The position numbers were made by a program, and so were the translations under genes. From the IMG/VR virus record IMGVR_UViG_3300046492_000199: 64,000 bases of DNA. One strand, written 5' to 3'. Of this stretch, positions 63,976 to 64,000 are shown piece by piece; the stretch's first letter is position 1, and each line of letters starts with the position of its first letter. This stretch comes from a virus. The notes under the pieces were generated by a model. It was not told where the DNA came from, searched no databases, and saw only the letters and a list, made by a program, of their open reading frames with translations.

Positions 63976-64000
63976 TTCCGTATTCCCTTTGTTGACCATG

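Overview
64-kb slice of a lytic tailed dsDNA phage with siphovirus-type tail genes. The host is probably an alphaproteobacterium (inferred from a DUF1127 protein and a tRNA-His lacking G-1). Layout: (1) 1-12.6 kb, + strand: replication and nucleotide metabolism (family A DNA polymerase C-terminus, DEDDh exonuclease, Cas4-like nuclease, SSB-like protein, RecD/Dda-like helicase, dNMP kinase, ThyX, MazG-like enzyme, class Ib RNR nrdI-E-F-H). (2) 12.6-39.4 kb, - strand: lysis, tail, neck, capsid, scaffold and portal genes, including two paralogous beta-helix proteins and PhoH; no terminase is visible. (3) 39.5-47.5 kb, - strand: a tRNA array with 19 tRNA or tRNA-like genes, two HNH nucleases, a vWA protein, an AdoMetDC-like protein, DUF1127 and several structured non-coding blocks. 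(4) 47.5-59.8 kb: a second block of probable virion or host-surface proteins (LamG fibre, two SGNH esterases, a large Ig/beta-helix protein, a trypsin-like protease, a cysteine-less thioredoxin). (5) A G-run and palindrome-dense gap at 59.4-60.25 kb (possible terminus or origin), followed by small early-type genes driven by repeated palindromic promoter cassettes. The most notable signals are an opal (UCA) suppressor-type tRNA, a D-armless tRNA-Arg-like gene with a displaced D-loop motif, promoters whose -10 box sits in the loop of a 15-bp palindrome, a free-standing copy of the tape-measure C-terminus, and a shared basic leader on four glycan-active enzymes. All calls come from reading motifs by eye; no database searches were run.
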